A stretch of 26,180 bases of DNA from Octopus sinensis. Taxonomy: Eukaryota. Shown piece after piece: positions 1 through 13,885 of the stretch. How positions within the stretch are numbered: the stretch's first letter is position 1; each line of letters begins with the position of its first letter. Location of the stretch: contig NW_021835590.1 in assembly GCF_006345805.1 (NCBI RefSeq), positions 1 to 26,180 on the forward strand, in the 5' to 3' direction. Under the pieces are notes generated by a model that ran no database searches, was not told where the DNA came from, and saw only the letters and a list, made by a program, of their open reading frames with translations. A program made the translations under genes and the position numbers.

Positions 1-3000
1 TGTACATGTTTCTCAAATAGTACATGTTTCACTCAAATTAGACATGTTTCACTCAAATAGTACATGTTTCACTGAGTGAAACATTTACTATTTGAGTACA
101 TTGTACATGTATCCATCAATTAGTACATGTTTCACTAAATTGTACATGTTTCCATCAAATAGTACATGTTTCACTCAAATTGTACATGTTCACTCACATT
201 GTACATGTTTCACTCAAATTGTACGTGTTTCACTCACATTGACTGTTTCACTCAAATGTTTTACTCATGTAGTTGTACATGTTTCACTCACATTGTACAT
301 GTTTCACTCAAATAGTACATGTTTCCATTAAATAGTACATGTTTCACTAAATTGTACATGTTTCACTCAAATAGTACATGTTTCACTCAAATTGTACATG
401 TTTCACTCAAATTTACATGTTTCACTCAAATTGTACATGTTTAATCAAATTGTACATGTTTCACTCAAATGTTTTACTCATGTAAAGGTGTACATGTTTC
501 ACTCACATTGTAAATGTTTCACTCAAATTGTACATGTTCACTCAAATTGTACATGTTTCACTCAAATGTACATGTTTCATCAAATTGTACATGTTTAACT
601 CAATTGTACATGTTCCATCAAATAGTACATGTTTCACTCACATTGTACATGTTTCTCTCAAATAGTACATGTTTCACTCAAATTGTACATGTTTCACTCA
701 AATAGTACATGTTTCACTGAGTGAAACATGTACTATTTCAGTACATTGTACATGTTTCACTCACATTGTACAGTTTCACTCAAATTGTACATGTTTCAAT
801 CAAATTGTACATGTTTCCATCAAATAGTACTGTTTCACTCACATTGTACATGTTCTCTCAAATAGTACATGTTCACTCAAATTATACATGTTTCACTCAA
901 ATAGTACATGTTTCACTGAGTGAAACATTTACTATTTGAGTACATTGTACATGTTGTTTTGTTTTTCCATCAATTAGTACATGTTTCACTCAAATTGTAC
1001 ATGTTTCCTCAAATAGTACATGTTTCACTCAAATTGTACATGTTTCACTCACATTGTACATGTTTCATCAATTGTACGTGTTTCACTCACATGTACATGT
1101 TTCACTCAATGTTTACTCATGTAAAGTTGTACATGTTTCACTCACATTGTACATGTTTCACTCCAATAGTACATGTTTCCATTAATAGTACATGTTTCAC
1201 TCAAATTGTACATGTTTCACTCAAATTGTACATGTTTCACTCAAATTGTACATGTTTCACTCAAATTGTACATGTTTCACTCAAATTGTACATGTTTCAA
1301 TCAAATTGTACATGTTTCACTCAAATGTTTTACTCATGTAAAGTTGTACATGTTTCACTCACATTGTACATGTTTCACTCAAATTGTACATGTTTCACTC
1401 AAATAGTACATGTTTCACTCAAATTGTACATGTTTCCATCAAATAGTACATGTTTCACTCACATTGTACATGTTTCTCTCATATAGTACATGTTTAACTC
1501 AAATTGTACATGTTTCACTCAAATAGTACATGTTTCACAGAGTGAAACATGTACTATTTGAGTACATTGTACATGTTTCACTCACATTGTACATATTTCA
1601 CTCAAATTGTACATGTTTCAATCAAATTGTACATGTTTCCATCAAATAGTACATGTTTCACTCACATTGTACATGTTTCACTCAAATTGTACATGTTTCA
1701 CGCAAATAGTACAGGTTTCACTCAAATTGTACATGTTTCCATCAAATAGTACATGTTTCACTCACATTGTACATGTTTCACTCAAATAGTACATGTTTCA
1801 CTCAAATTGAACATGTTTCACTCAAATTGTACATGTTTCACTCTAATAGTACATGTTTCACTCACATTGTACATGTTTCACTCAAATTGTACATGTTTCA
1901 CTCAAATTGTACATGTTTCACTCAAATGTTTTACTCATGTAAAGTTGTACATGTTTCACTCACATTGTACATGTTTTACTCAAATTGTACATGTTTCACT
2001 CAAATAGTACATGTTTCACTCAAATTGTACATGTTTCCATCAAATAGTACATGTTTCACTCACATTGTACATGTTTCACTCAAATAGTACATGTTTCACT
2101 AAATTGTACATGTTTCACTCAAATAATACATGTGTCACTCAAATTGTACATGTTTCACTCACATTGTACATGTTTCACTCAAATGTTTTACTCATGTAAA
2201 GATGACATGTTTCACTCACATTGTACATGTTTCACTCAAATAGTACATGTTTCATCAAATAGTACATGTTTCACTCAAATGTACATGTTTCACTCAAATT
2301 GTACATGTTTCACTCACATTGTACATGTTTCACTCAAATTGTACATGTTTCACTCAAATAGTACATGTTTCACTCAAATTGTACATGTTTCCATCAAATA
2401 GTACATGTTTCACTCACATAGTACATGTTTCTCTCAAATAGTACATGTTTCACTCAAATTGTACATGTTTCACTCAAATAGTACATGTTTCACTGAGTGA
2501 AACATGTACTATTTCAGTACATTGTACATGTTTCACTCACATTGTACATGTTTCACTCAAATTGTACATGTTTCAATCAAATTGTACATGTTTCCATCAA
2601 ATAGTACATGTTTCACTCACATTGTACATGTTTCTCTCAAATAGTACATGTTTCACTCAAATTATACATGTTTCACTCAAATAGTACATGTTTCACTGAG
2701 TGAAACATTTACTATTTGAGTACATTGTACATGTTTCCATCAATTAGTACATGTTTCACTCAAATTGTACATGTTTCCATCAAATAGTACATGTTTCACT
2801 CAAATTGTACATGTTTCACTCACATTGTACATGTTTCACTCAAATTGTACATGTTTCACTCACATTGTACATGTTTCACTCAAATGTTTTACTCATGTAA
2901 AGTTGTACATGTTTCACTCACATTGTACATGTTTCACTCAAATAGTACATGTTTCCATCAAATAGTACATGTTTCACTCAAATTGTACATGTTTCACTCA

Positions 3001-6000
3001 AATAGTACATGTTTCACTGAGTGAAACATGTACTATTTCAGTACATTGTACATGTTTCACTCACATTGTACATGTTTCACTCAAATTGTACATGTTTCAA
3101 TCAAATTGTACATGTTTCCATCAAATAGTACATGTTTCACTCACATTGTACATGTTTCTCTCAAATAGTACATGTTTCACTCAAATTATACATGTTTCAC
3201 TCAAATAGTACATGTTTCACTGAGTGAAACATTACTATTTGAGTACATTGTACATGTTCCATCAAATAGTACATGTTTCACTCAAATTGTACATGTTTCA
3301 CTCAAATAGTACATGTTTCACTCAAATTGTACATGTTTCACTCAAATTGTACATGTTTCACTCAAATTGTACATGTTTCACTCACATTGTACATGTTTCA
3401 CTCAAATGTTTTACTCATGTAAAGTTGTACATGTTTCACTCACATTGTACATGTTTCACTCAAATAGTACATGTTTCACTCAAATAGTACATGTTTCACT
3501 CAAATTGTACATGTTTCACTCAAATAGTACATGTTTCACTCAAATTGTACATGTTTCACTCAAATTGTACATGTTTCACTCAAATTGTACATGTTTCACT
3601 CAAATAGTACATGTTTCACTCAAATTGTATATGTTTCCATCAAATAGTACATGTTTCACTCAAGTTGTGTATGTTTCAATCAAATTGTACATGTTTCAAT
3701 AAAATGTTTCACTCATGTAAAATTGTACATGTTTCACTCACATTGTACATGTTTCACTCAAATTGTACATGTTTCACTCAAATAGTACATGTTTCACTCA
3801 AATTGTACATGTTTCCATCAAACAGTACATGTTTCACTCAAATTGTACATGTTTCCATCAAATAGTACATGTTTCACTCACATTGTACATGTTTCACTCA
3901 AATAGTACATGTTTCACTCAAATTGTACATGTTTCACTCAAATAGTACGTTTCTCTCAAATTGTACATGTTTCACTCACATCGTACATGTTTCACTCAAA
4001 TTGTACATGTTTCAATCAAATTGTACATGTTTCACTCAAATGTTTTACTCTTGTAAAGTTGTACATGTTTCACTCAATTGTACATGTTTCACTCAAATTG
4101 TACATGATTCACTCAAATAGTACATGTTTCACTCAAATTGTATATGTTTCCATCAATTAGTACATGTTTCACTCAAATTGTACATGTTTCACTCAAATTG
4201 TACATCTTTGAATCAAATTGTACATGTTTCAATGAAATTGTACATGTTTCAATCAAATTGTACATGTTTCACACAAATTGTACATATTTCAATTAAATTG
4301 TACATGTTTCCTTCAAATTGTAATGTTTCACTCAATTGTATATGTTTCATTCAAATAGTACATGTTTCATCAAATAGTATATGTTCACTCAAATGTACAT
4401 GTTTCACTCAAATAGTACATGTTTCACTCAAATTGTACATGTTTCACTCAAATAGTACATGTTTCACTCAATTGTACATGTTTCCATCAAATAGTACATG
4501 TTTCACTCACATTGTACATGTTTCACTCAAATAGTACATGTTTCACTCACATTGTACATGTTTCACTCAAATGTTTTACTCATGTAAAGTTGTACATGTT
4601 TCACTCACATTGTACATGTTTCACTCAAATTGTACATGTTTCACTCAAATAGTACATGTTTTACTCAAATTGTACATGTTTCACTCAAATAGTACATGTT
4701 TCACTCAAATTGTACCTGTTTCACTCAAATAGTACATGTTTCTCTCAAATTGTACATGTTTCACTCACATTGTACATGTTTCACTCAAATTGTACATGTT
4801 TCAATCAAATTGTACATGTTTCACTCAAATGTTTTACTCTTGTAATGTTGTACATGTTTCACTCATGTTGTACATGTTTCACTCAAATTGTACATGTTTC
4901 ACTTAAATTGTATATGTTTCCATCAATTAGTACATGTTTCACTCAAATTCTACATGTTTCACTCAAATTGTACATCTTTCAATCAAATTGTACATGTTTC
5001 AATCAAATTGTTCATGTTTCACTCAAATTGTACATGTTTCACACAAATTGTACATATTTCAATTAAATTGTACATGTTTCCTTCAAATTGTACATGTTTC
5101 ACTCAAATTGTATATGTTTCACTCAAATAGTACATGTTTTCATCAAATAGTATATGTTTCACTCAAATTGTACATGTTTCACTCAAATAGTACATGTTTC
5201 ACTCAAATTGTACATGTTTCCATCAAATAGTACATGTTTCACTCACATTGTACATGTTTCACTCAAATAGTACATGTTTCACTCACATTGTACATGTTTC
5301 ACTCAAATTGTACATGTTTCAATCAAATTGTACATGTTTCACTCAAATGTTTTACTCTTGTAAAGTTGTACATGTTTCACTCACATTGTACATGTTTCAC
5401 TCAAATTGTACATGTTTCACTCAAATAGTACATGTTTCACTCAAATTGTACATGTTTCCATCAAATAGTACATGTTTCACTCACATTGTACATGTTTCAC
5501 TCAAATAGTACATGTTTCACTCAAATTGTACATGTTTCACTCAAATTGTACATGTTTCACTCAAATAGTACATGTTTCACTCACATTGTACATGTTTCAC
5601 TCAAATTGTACATGTTTCACTCAAATTGTACATGTTTCACTCAAACAGTACATGTTTCACTCAAATTGTACATGTTTCACTCAAATAGTACATGTTTCAC
5701 TCAAATTGTACATGTTTCACTCACATTGTACATGTTTCACTCAAATGTTTTACTCATGTAAAGTTGTACATGTTTCACTCACATTGTACATGTTTCACTC
5801 AAATAGTACATGTTTCCATCAAATAGTACATGTTTCACTCAAATTGTACATGTTTCACTCAAATAGTACATGTTTCACTCAAATTGTACATGTTTCACTC
5901 AAATTGTACATGTTTCACTCAAATTGTACATGTTTCAATCAAATTGTACATGTTTCATTCAAATGTTTTACTCATGTAAAGTTGTATATGTTTCACTCAC

Positions 6001-9000
6001 ATTGTACATGTTTCACTCAAATTGTACATGTTTCACTCAAATTGTACATGTTTCACTCAAATAGTACATGTTTCACTCACATTGTACATGTTTCACTCAA
6101 ATTGTACATGTTTCACTCAAATTGTACATGTTTCACTCAAATGTTTTATTCATGTAAAGTTGTACATGTTTCACTCACATTGTACATGTTTCACTCAAAT
6201 TGTACATGTTTCACTCAAATAGTACATGTTTCACTCACATTGTACATGTTTAACTCAAATTGTACGTGTTTCACTCAAATAGTACATGTTTCACAGAGTG
6301 AAACATGTACTATTTGAGTACATTGTACATGTTTCACTCACATTGTACATATTTCACTCAAATTGTACATGTTTCAATCAAATTGTACATGTTTCCATCA
6401 AATAGTACATGTTTCACTCACATTGTACATGTTTCACTCAAATTGTACATGTTTCACGCAAATAGTACATGTTTCACTCAAATTGTACATGTTTCCATCA
6501 AATAGTACATGTTTCACTCACATTGTACATGTTTCACTCAAATAGAACATGTTTCACTCAAATTGAACATGTTTCACTCAAATTGTACATGTTTCACTCA
6601 AATAGTACATGTTTCACTCACATTGTACATGTTTCACTCAGATTGTACATGTTTCACTCAAATTGTACATGTTTCACTCAAATGTTTTATTCATGTAAAG
6701 TTGTACATGTTTCACTCACATTGTACATGTTTCACTCAAATTGTACATGTTTCACTCAAATAGTACATGTTTGACTCAAATTGTACATGTTTCCATCAAA
6801 TATTACATGTTTCACTCACATTGTACATGTTTCACTCAAATCGTACATGTTTCACTCAAATTGTACATGTTTCACTCAAATAGTACATGTTTCACACAAA
6901 TTGTACATGTTTCACTCACATTGTACGTGTTTCACTCAAATGTTTTACTCATGTAAAGATGAACATGTTTCACTCACATTGTACATGTTTCACTCAAATA
7001 GTACATGTTTCCATCAAATAGTACATGTTTCACTCAAATTGTACATGTTTCACTCAAATAGTACATGTTTCACTCAAATTGTACATGTTTCACTCAAATT
7101 GTACATGTTTCACTCAAATTGTACATGTTTCAATCAAATTGTACATGTTTCACTCAAATTGTACATGTTTCCATCAAATAGTACATGTTTCACTCACATT
7201 GTACATGTTTCTCTCAAATAGTACATGTTCACTCAAATTGTACATGTTTCACTCAAATAGTACATGGTTCACTGAGTGAAACATGTACTATTTCAGTACA
7301 TTGTACATGTTTCACTCACATTGTACATGTTTCACTCAAATTGTACATGTTTCAATCAAATGTACATGTTTCCATCAATAGTACATGTTTCACTCACATT
7401 GTACATGTTTCTCTCAAATAGTACATGTTTCACTCAAATTGTACATGTTTCACTCAAATAGTACATGTTTCACTGAGTGAAACATGTACTATTTGAGTAC
7501 ATTGTACATGTTTCCATCAATTAGTACATGTTTCACTCAAATTGTACATGTTTCCATCAAATAGTACATGTTTCACTCAAATTGTACATGTTTCACTCAC
7601 ATTGTACATGTTTCACTCAAATTGTACATGTTTCACTCACATTGTACATGTTTCACTCAAATGTTTAATCATGTAAAGTTGTACATGTTTCACTCACATT
7701 GTACATGTTTCACTCAAATAGTACATGTTTCCATCAAATAGTACATGTTTCACTCAAATTGTACATGTTTCACTCAAATAGTACATGTTTCACTCAAATT
7801 GTACATGTTTCACTCAAATTGTACATGTTTCACTCATATTGTACATGTTTCCATCAAATAGTACATGTTTCACTCACATTGTACATGTTTCACTCAAATA
7901 GTACATGTTTCACTCACATTGTACATGTTTCACTCAAATTGTACATGTTTCAATCAAATTGTACATGTTTCACTCAAATGTTTTACTCTTGTAAAGTTGT
8001 ACATGTTTCACTCACATTGTACATGTTTCACACAAATTGTACATGTTTCACTCAAATAGTACATGTTTCACTCAAATTGTACATATTTCCATCAAATAGT
8101 ACATGTTTCACTCACATTGTACATGTTTCACTCAAATAGTACATGTTTCCCTCAAATTGTACATGTTTCACTCAAATTGTACATGTTTCACTCAAATAGT
8201 ACATGTTTCACTCACATTGTACATGTTTCACTCAAATTGTACATGTTTCACTCAAATTGTACATGTTTCACTCAAACAGTACATGTTTCACTCAAATTGT
8301 ACATGTTTCACTCAAATAGTACATGTTTCACTCAAATTGTACATGTTTCACTCACATTGTACATGTTTCACTCAAATGTTTTACTCATGTAAAGTTGTAC
8401 ATGTTTCACTCACATTGTACATGTTTCACTCAAATAGTACATGTTTCCATCAAATAGTACATGTTTCACTCAAATTGTACATGTTTCACTCAAATAGTAC
8501 ATGTTTCACTCAAATTGTACATGTTTCACTCAAATTGTACATGTTTCACTCAAATTGTACATGTTTCAATCAAATTGTACATGTTTCACTCAAATGTTTT
8601 ACTCATGTAAAGTTGTACATGTTTCACTCACATTGTACATGTTTCACTCAAATTGTACATGTTTCACTCAAATAGTACATGTTTCACTCAAATTGTACAT
8701 GTTTCCATCAAATAGTACATGTTTCACTCACATTGTACATGTTTCACTCAAATTGTACATGTTTCACGCAAATAGTACATGTTTCACTCAAATTGTACAT
8801 GTTTCCATCAAATAGTACATGTTTCACTCACATTGTACATGTTTCACTCAAATAGTACATGTTTCACTCAAATTGTACATGTTTCACTCAAATTGTACAT
8901 GTTTCACTCAAATAGTACATGTTTCACTCACATTGTACATGTTTCACTCAAATTGTACATGTTTCACTCAAATTGTACATGTTTCACTCAAATGTTTTAC

Positions 9001-12000
9001 TCATGTAAAGTTGTACATGTTTCACTCACATTGTACATGTTTCACTCAAATTGTACATGTTTCACTCAAATAGTACATGTTTCACTCAAATTGTACATGT
9101 TTCCATCAAATATTACATGTTTCACTCACATTGTACATGTTTCACTCAAATAGTACATGTTTCACTCAAATTGTACATGTTTCACTCAAATAGTACATGT
9201 TTCACACAAATTGTACATGTTTCACTCACATTGTACGTGTTTCACTCAAATGTTTTACTCATGTAAAGATGAACATGTTTCACTCACATTGTACATGTTT
9301 CACTCAAATAGTACATGTTTCCATCAAATAGTACATGTTTCACTCAAATTGTACATGTTTCACTCAAATAGTACATGTTTCACTCAAATTGTACATGTTT
9401 CACTCAAATTGTACATGTTTCACTCAAATTGTACATGTTTCAATCAAATTGTACATGTTTCACTCAAATTGTACATGTTTCCATCAAATAGTACATGTTT
9501 CACTCACATTGTACATGTTTCTCTCAAATAGTACATGTTTCACTCAAATTGTACATGTTTCACTCAAATAGTACATGTTTCACTGAGTGAAACATGTACT
9601 ATTTCAGTACATTGTACATGTTTCACTCACATTGTACATGTTTCACTCAAATTGTACATGTTTCAATCAAATTGTACATGTTTCCATCAAATAGTACATG
9701 TTTCACTCACATTGTACATGTTTCTCTCAAATAGTACATGTTTCACTCAAATTGTACATGTTTCACTCAAATAGTACATGTTTCACTGAGTGAAACATGT
9801 ACTATTTGAGTACATTGTACATGTTTCCATCAATTAGTACATGTTTCACTCAAATTGTACATGTTTCCATCAAATAGTACATGTTTCACTCAAATTGTAC
9901 ATGTTTCACTCACATTGTACATGTTTCACTCACATTGTACATGTTTCACTCACATTGTACATGTTTCACTCAAATGTTTTACTCATGTAAAGTTGTACAT
10001 GTTTCACTCACATTGTACATGTTTCACTCAAATAGTACATGTTTCCATCAAATAGTACATGTTTCACTCAAATTGTACATGTTTCACTCAAATAGTACAT
10101 GTTTCACTCAAATTGTACATGTTTCACTCAAATTGTACATGTTTCACTCAAATTGTACATGTTTCAATCAAATTGTACATGTTTCATTCAAATGTTTTAC
10201 TCATGTAAAGTTGTATATGTTTCACTCACATTGTACATGTTTCACTCAAATTGTACATGTTTCACTCAAATAGTACATGTTTAACTAAATTGTACATGTT
10301 TCCATCAACAGTACATGTTTCACTCAAATTGTACATGTTTCCATCAAATAGTACATGTTTCACTCACATTGTACATGTTTCACTCAAATAGTACATGTTT
10401 CACTCAAATTGTACATGTTTCACTCAAATAGTACGTTTCTCTCAAATTGTACATGTTTCACTCACATCGTACATGTTTCACTCAAATTGTACATGTTTCA
10501 ATCAAATTGTACATGTTTCACTCAAATGTTTTACTCTTGTAAAGTTGTACATGTTTCACTCAAATTGTACATGTTTCACTCAAATTGTACATGATTCACT
10601 CAAATAGTACATGTTTCACTCAAATTGTATATGTTTCCATCAATTAGTACATGTTTCACTCAAATTGTACATGTTTCACTCAAATTGTACATCTTTGAAT
10701 CAAATTGTACATGTTTCAATGAAATTGTACATGTTTCAATCAAATTGTACATGTTTCACACAAATTGTACATATTTCAATTAAATTGTACATGTTTCCTT
10801 CAAATTGTACATGTTTCACTCAAATTGTATATGTTTCATTCAAATAGTACATGTTTTCATCAAATAGTATATGTTTCACTCAAATTGTACATGTTTCACT
10901 CAAATAGTACATGTTTCACTCAAATTGTACATGTTTCACTCAAATAGTACATGTTTCACTCAAATTGTACATGTTTCCATCAAATAGTACATGTTTCACT
11001 CACATTGTACATGTTTCACTCAAATAGTACATGTTTCACTCAAATTGTACATGTTTCAATCAAATTGTACATGTTTCACTCAAATGTTTTACTCATGTAA
11101 AGTTGTACATGTTTCACTCACATTGTACATGTTTCACTCAAATTGTACATGTTTCACTCAAATAGTACATGTTTCACTCAAATTGTACATGTTTCCATCA
11201 AATAGTACATGTTTCACTCACATTGTACATGTTTCACTCAAATAGTACATGTTTCACTCAAATTGTACATGTTTCACTCAAATAGTACATGTTTCACTCA
11301 AATTGTACATGTTTCACTCACATTGTACATGTTTCACTCAAATTGTACATGTTTCAATCAAATTGTACATGTTTCACTCAAATGTTTTACTCTTGTAAAG
11401 TTGTACATGTTTCACTCACATTGTACATGTTTCACTCAAATTGTACATGATTCACTCAAATAGTACATGTTTCACTCAAATTGTATATGTTTCCATCAAT
11501 TAGTACATGTTTCACTCAAATTGTACATCTGTCCATCAAATTGTACATGTTTCAATCAAATTGTACATGTTTCACTCAAATTGTACATGTTTCACTCAAA
11601 TTGTACATGTTTCACACAAATTGTACATATTTCAATTAAATTGTACATGTTTCCTTCAAATTGTACATGTTTCACTCAAATAGTATATGTTTCACTCAAA
11701 TTGTACATGTTTCACTCAAATAGTACATGTTTCACTCAAATTGTACATGTTTCCATCAAATAGTACATGTTTCACTCACATTGTACATGTTTCACTCAAA
11801 TAGTACATGTTTCACTCAAATTGTACATGTTTCACTCAAATAGTACATGTTTCACTCAAATTGTACATGTTTCCATCAAATAGTACATGTTTCACTCACA
11901 TTGTACATGTTTCTCTCAAATAGTACATGTTTCACTCAAATTGTACATGTTTCACTCAAATAGTACATGTTTCACTGAGTGAAACATGTACTATTTCAGT

Positions 12001-13035
12001 ACATTGTACATGTTTCACTCACATTGTACATGTTTCACTCAAATTGTACATGTTTCACTCAAATTGTACATGTTTCCATCAAATAGTACATGTTTCACTC
12101 ACATTGTACATGTTTCACTCAAATAGTACATGTTTCACTAAATTGTACATGTTTCACTCAAATAGTACATGTTTCACTCAAATTGTACATGTTTCACTCA
12201 AATTGTACATGTTTCACTCAAATTGTACATGTTTCAATCAAATTGTACATGTTTCACTCAAATGTTTTACTCATGTAAAGTTGTACATGTTTCACTCAAT
12301 AGTACATGTTTCACTCAAATTGTACATGTGTCCATCAAATAGTACATGTTTCACTCACATTGTACATGTTTCACTCAAATAGTACATGTTTAACTAAATT
12401 GTACATGTTTCACTCAAATAATACATGTTTCACTCAAATTGTACATGTTTCATTCACATTGTACATGTTTCACTCAAATTGTACATGTTTCAATTAAATT
12501 CTACATGTTTCCATCAAATTGTACGTTTCCATCAAATTGTACATGTTTCTCTCAAATAGTACATGTTTCTCTCAAATAGTACGTTTCAATTAAATTGTAC
12601 GTGTTTCCATCAAATTGTACATGTTTCCATCAAATTGTACGTTTCACTCAAATTGTACATGTTTCAGTCAAATAGTACATGTTTCACTCAAATTGTACAT
12701 GTTTCACTCAAATTGTACATGTTTCACTCAAATAGTACATGTTTCACTCAAATTGTTCATGTTTCACTAAAATTGTACATGTTTCACTCAAATTGTACAT
12801 GTTTCACTCAAATTGTACATGTTTCACTCGAATTGTACATGTCTCACTCAAATTGTTCATGTTTCACTCAAATTGTACATGTTTCAATTAAATTGTACAT
12901 GTTTCCATCAAATTGTACATGTTTCACTCAAATTGTACATGTTTCACTCAAATTTTACGTGTTTCACTCACATCGTACATGTTTCACTCAAATTGTACAT
13001 GTTTCCATCAAGTTGTACATGTTTCAATCAAATTA
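1..13035. repeat. 20-bp tandem satellite array, about 650 monomers, consensus TGTACATGTTTCACTCAAAT, running off the left window edge
   Basis: The 20-bp period is directly visible. Recurrent variants include AATAG/AATTG, CACAT/CAAAT, TTCCATC, TTCAATC and TTCTCTC. It also contains an 18-bp variant unit GTTTTACTCATGTAAAGT and inverted units. It degenerates after about 12480 and ends near 13035. Confidence 0.99.
7452..7498. repeat. Perfect 47-bp palindrome (23-bp arms, 1-nt spacer) formed by an inverted satellite monomer; representative of 14 copies
   Basis: ACTCAAATAGTACATGTTTCACT-G-AGTGAAACATGTACTATTTGAGT. Centres of all copies: 74, 719, 918, 1540, 2495, 2698, 3019, 3222, 6296, 7274, 7475, 9585, 9788, 11977. 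Confidence 0.97.
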
Positions 13036-13054
13036 CACTATTTCAGAAAAAAAA

Positions 13055-13275
13055 CACTTCTACTTGATCAATTAGAACTAGCAGCTAAATCACCCTCAAA
13101 TCACACCTTGCAAACTTAAACATGCAAAGAAATATCCGTACCAAAGATATAGTCTTCCTGCAACAGCTATAAATTTAAAAGCAATAAACGTTAATAATCC
13201 TGACTCGGCAAGTAACAATCACAACCTAATCATAAATCTGTTCAATCAGGACTAACTCAATGCTAAACAACAACT
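13055..13275 (-). mobile_element. Diverged SINE-like interspersed repeat remnant next to the satellite edge
   Basis: The minus strand reads TTGTTGTTTAGCATTGAGTTAGTCCTGATTGAACAGATTTATGAT...GTGTGATTTGAGGGTGATTTAGCTGCTAGTTCTA. This resembles abundant octopus interspersed repeats as I recall them; not checked against a library. Confidence 0.4.
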
Positions 13276-13544
13276 TCGTGCAGAAAGCAAATTCTATTAT
13301 TAGATTAATCAGGATCTGAACTCAGATCGATGGATTCGGAAATGAGAATGATAAACATTACGCCACAAAAAGAAAAAGAAAAATATTTCTAACAAGACAA
13401 ACTGGAAAATATATATTTTCTTCCTTTCTGAATATCTATCTTTATCCTCTGTCACTTTTTTGCTTTATATTCTCGATGTATTATTTTTATATTCTCTTCG
13501 CTTAATGTATAATCTGCCAGTTAAGAACATTATTTTTTCAATTA

Positions 13545-13550
<6 letters not shown>

Positions 13551-13636
<86 letters not shown>
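13551..13636. repeat. (TC)n microsatellite
   Basis: Pure TC run. Confidence 0.99.
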
Positions 13637-13641
<5 letters not shown>

Positions 13642-13696
13642 TTTATGTATTTATCAGTTTATTGAACTATTTCACTTTTCTTCCCGTATTGCCTTT

Positions 13697-13810
13697 GCGC
13701 GCGCGCACACTTACATATACACATATATAATTATATACATATACAAATACATACACATGCACATATGAATGTATGTTATACATATAACATACATATACGC
13801 ATACATTCAT

Positions 13811-13885
<75 letters not shown>

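Noticed and set aside
1-13035. CRISPR-like array
   Set aside because: No unique spacers, no cas genes, and the context is eukaryotic. It is a head-to-tail satellite.
92-13119. Dozens of plus-strand ORFs with a Cys/His-rich 20-aa repeat (MFHSNCTCFTQIVHVSLKLY)
   Set aside because: Three 20-bp monomers give 20 codons, so the same peptide appears in all three frames. ORFs end wherever an AATAG variant falls in frame. Indels are not frame-preserving, so there is no sign of coding constraint.
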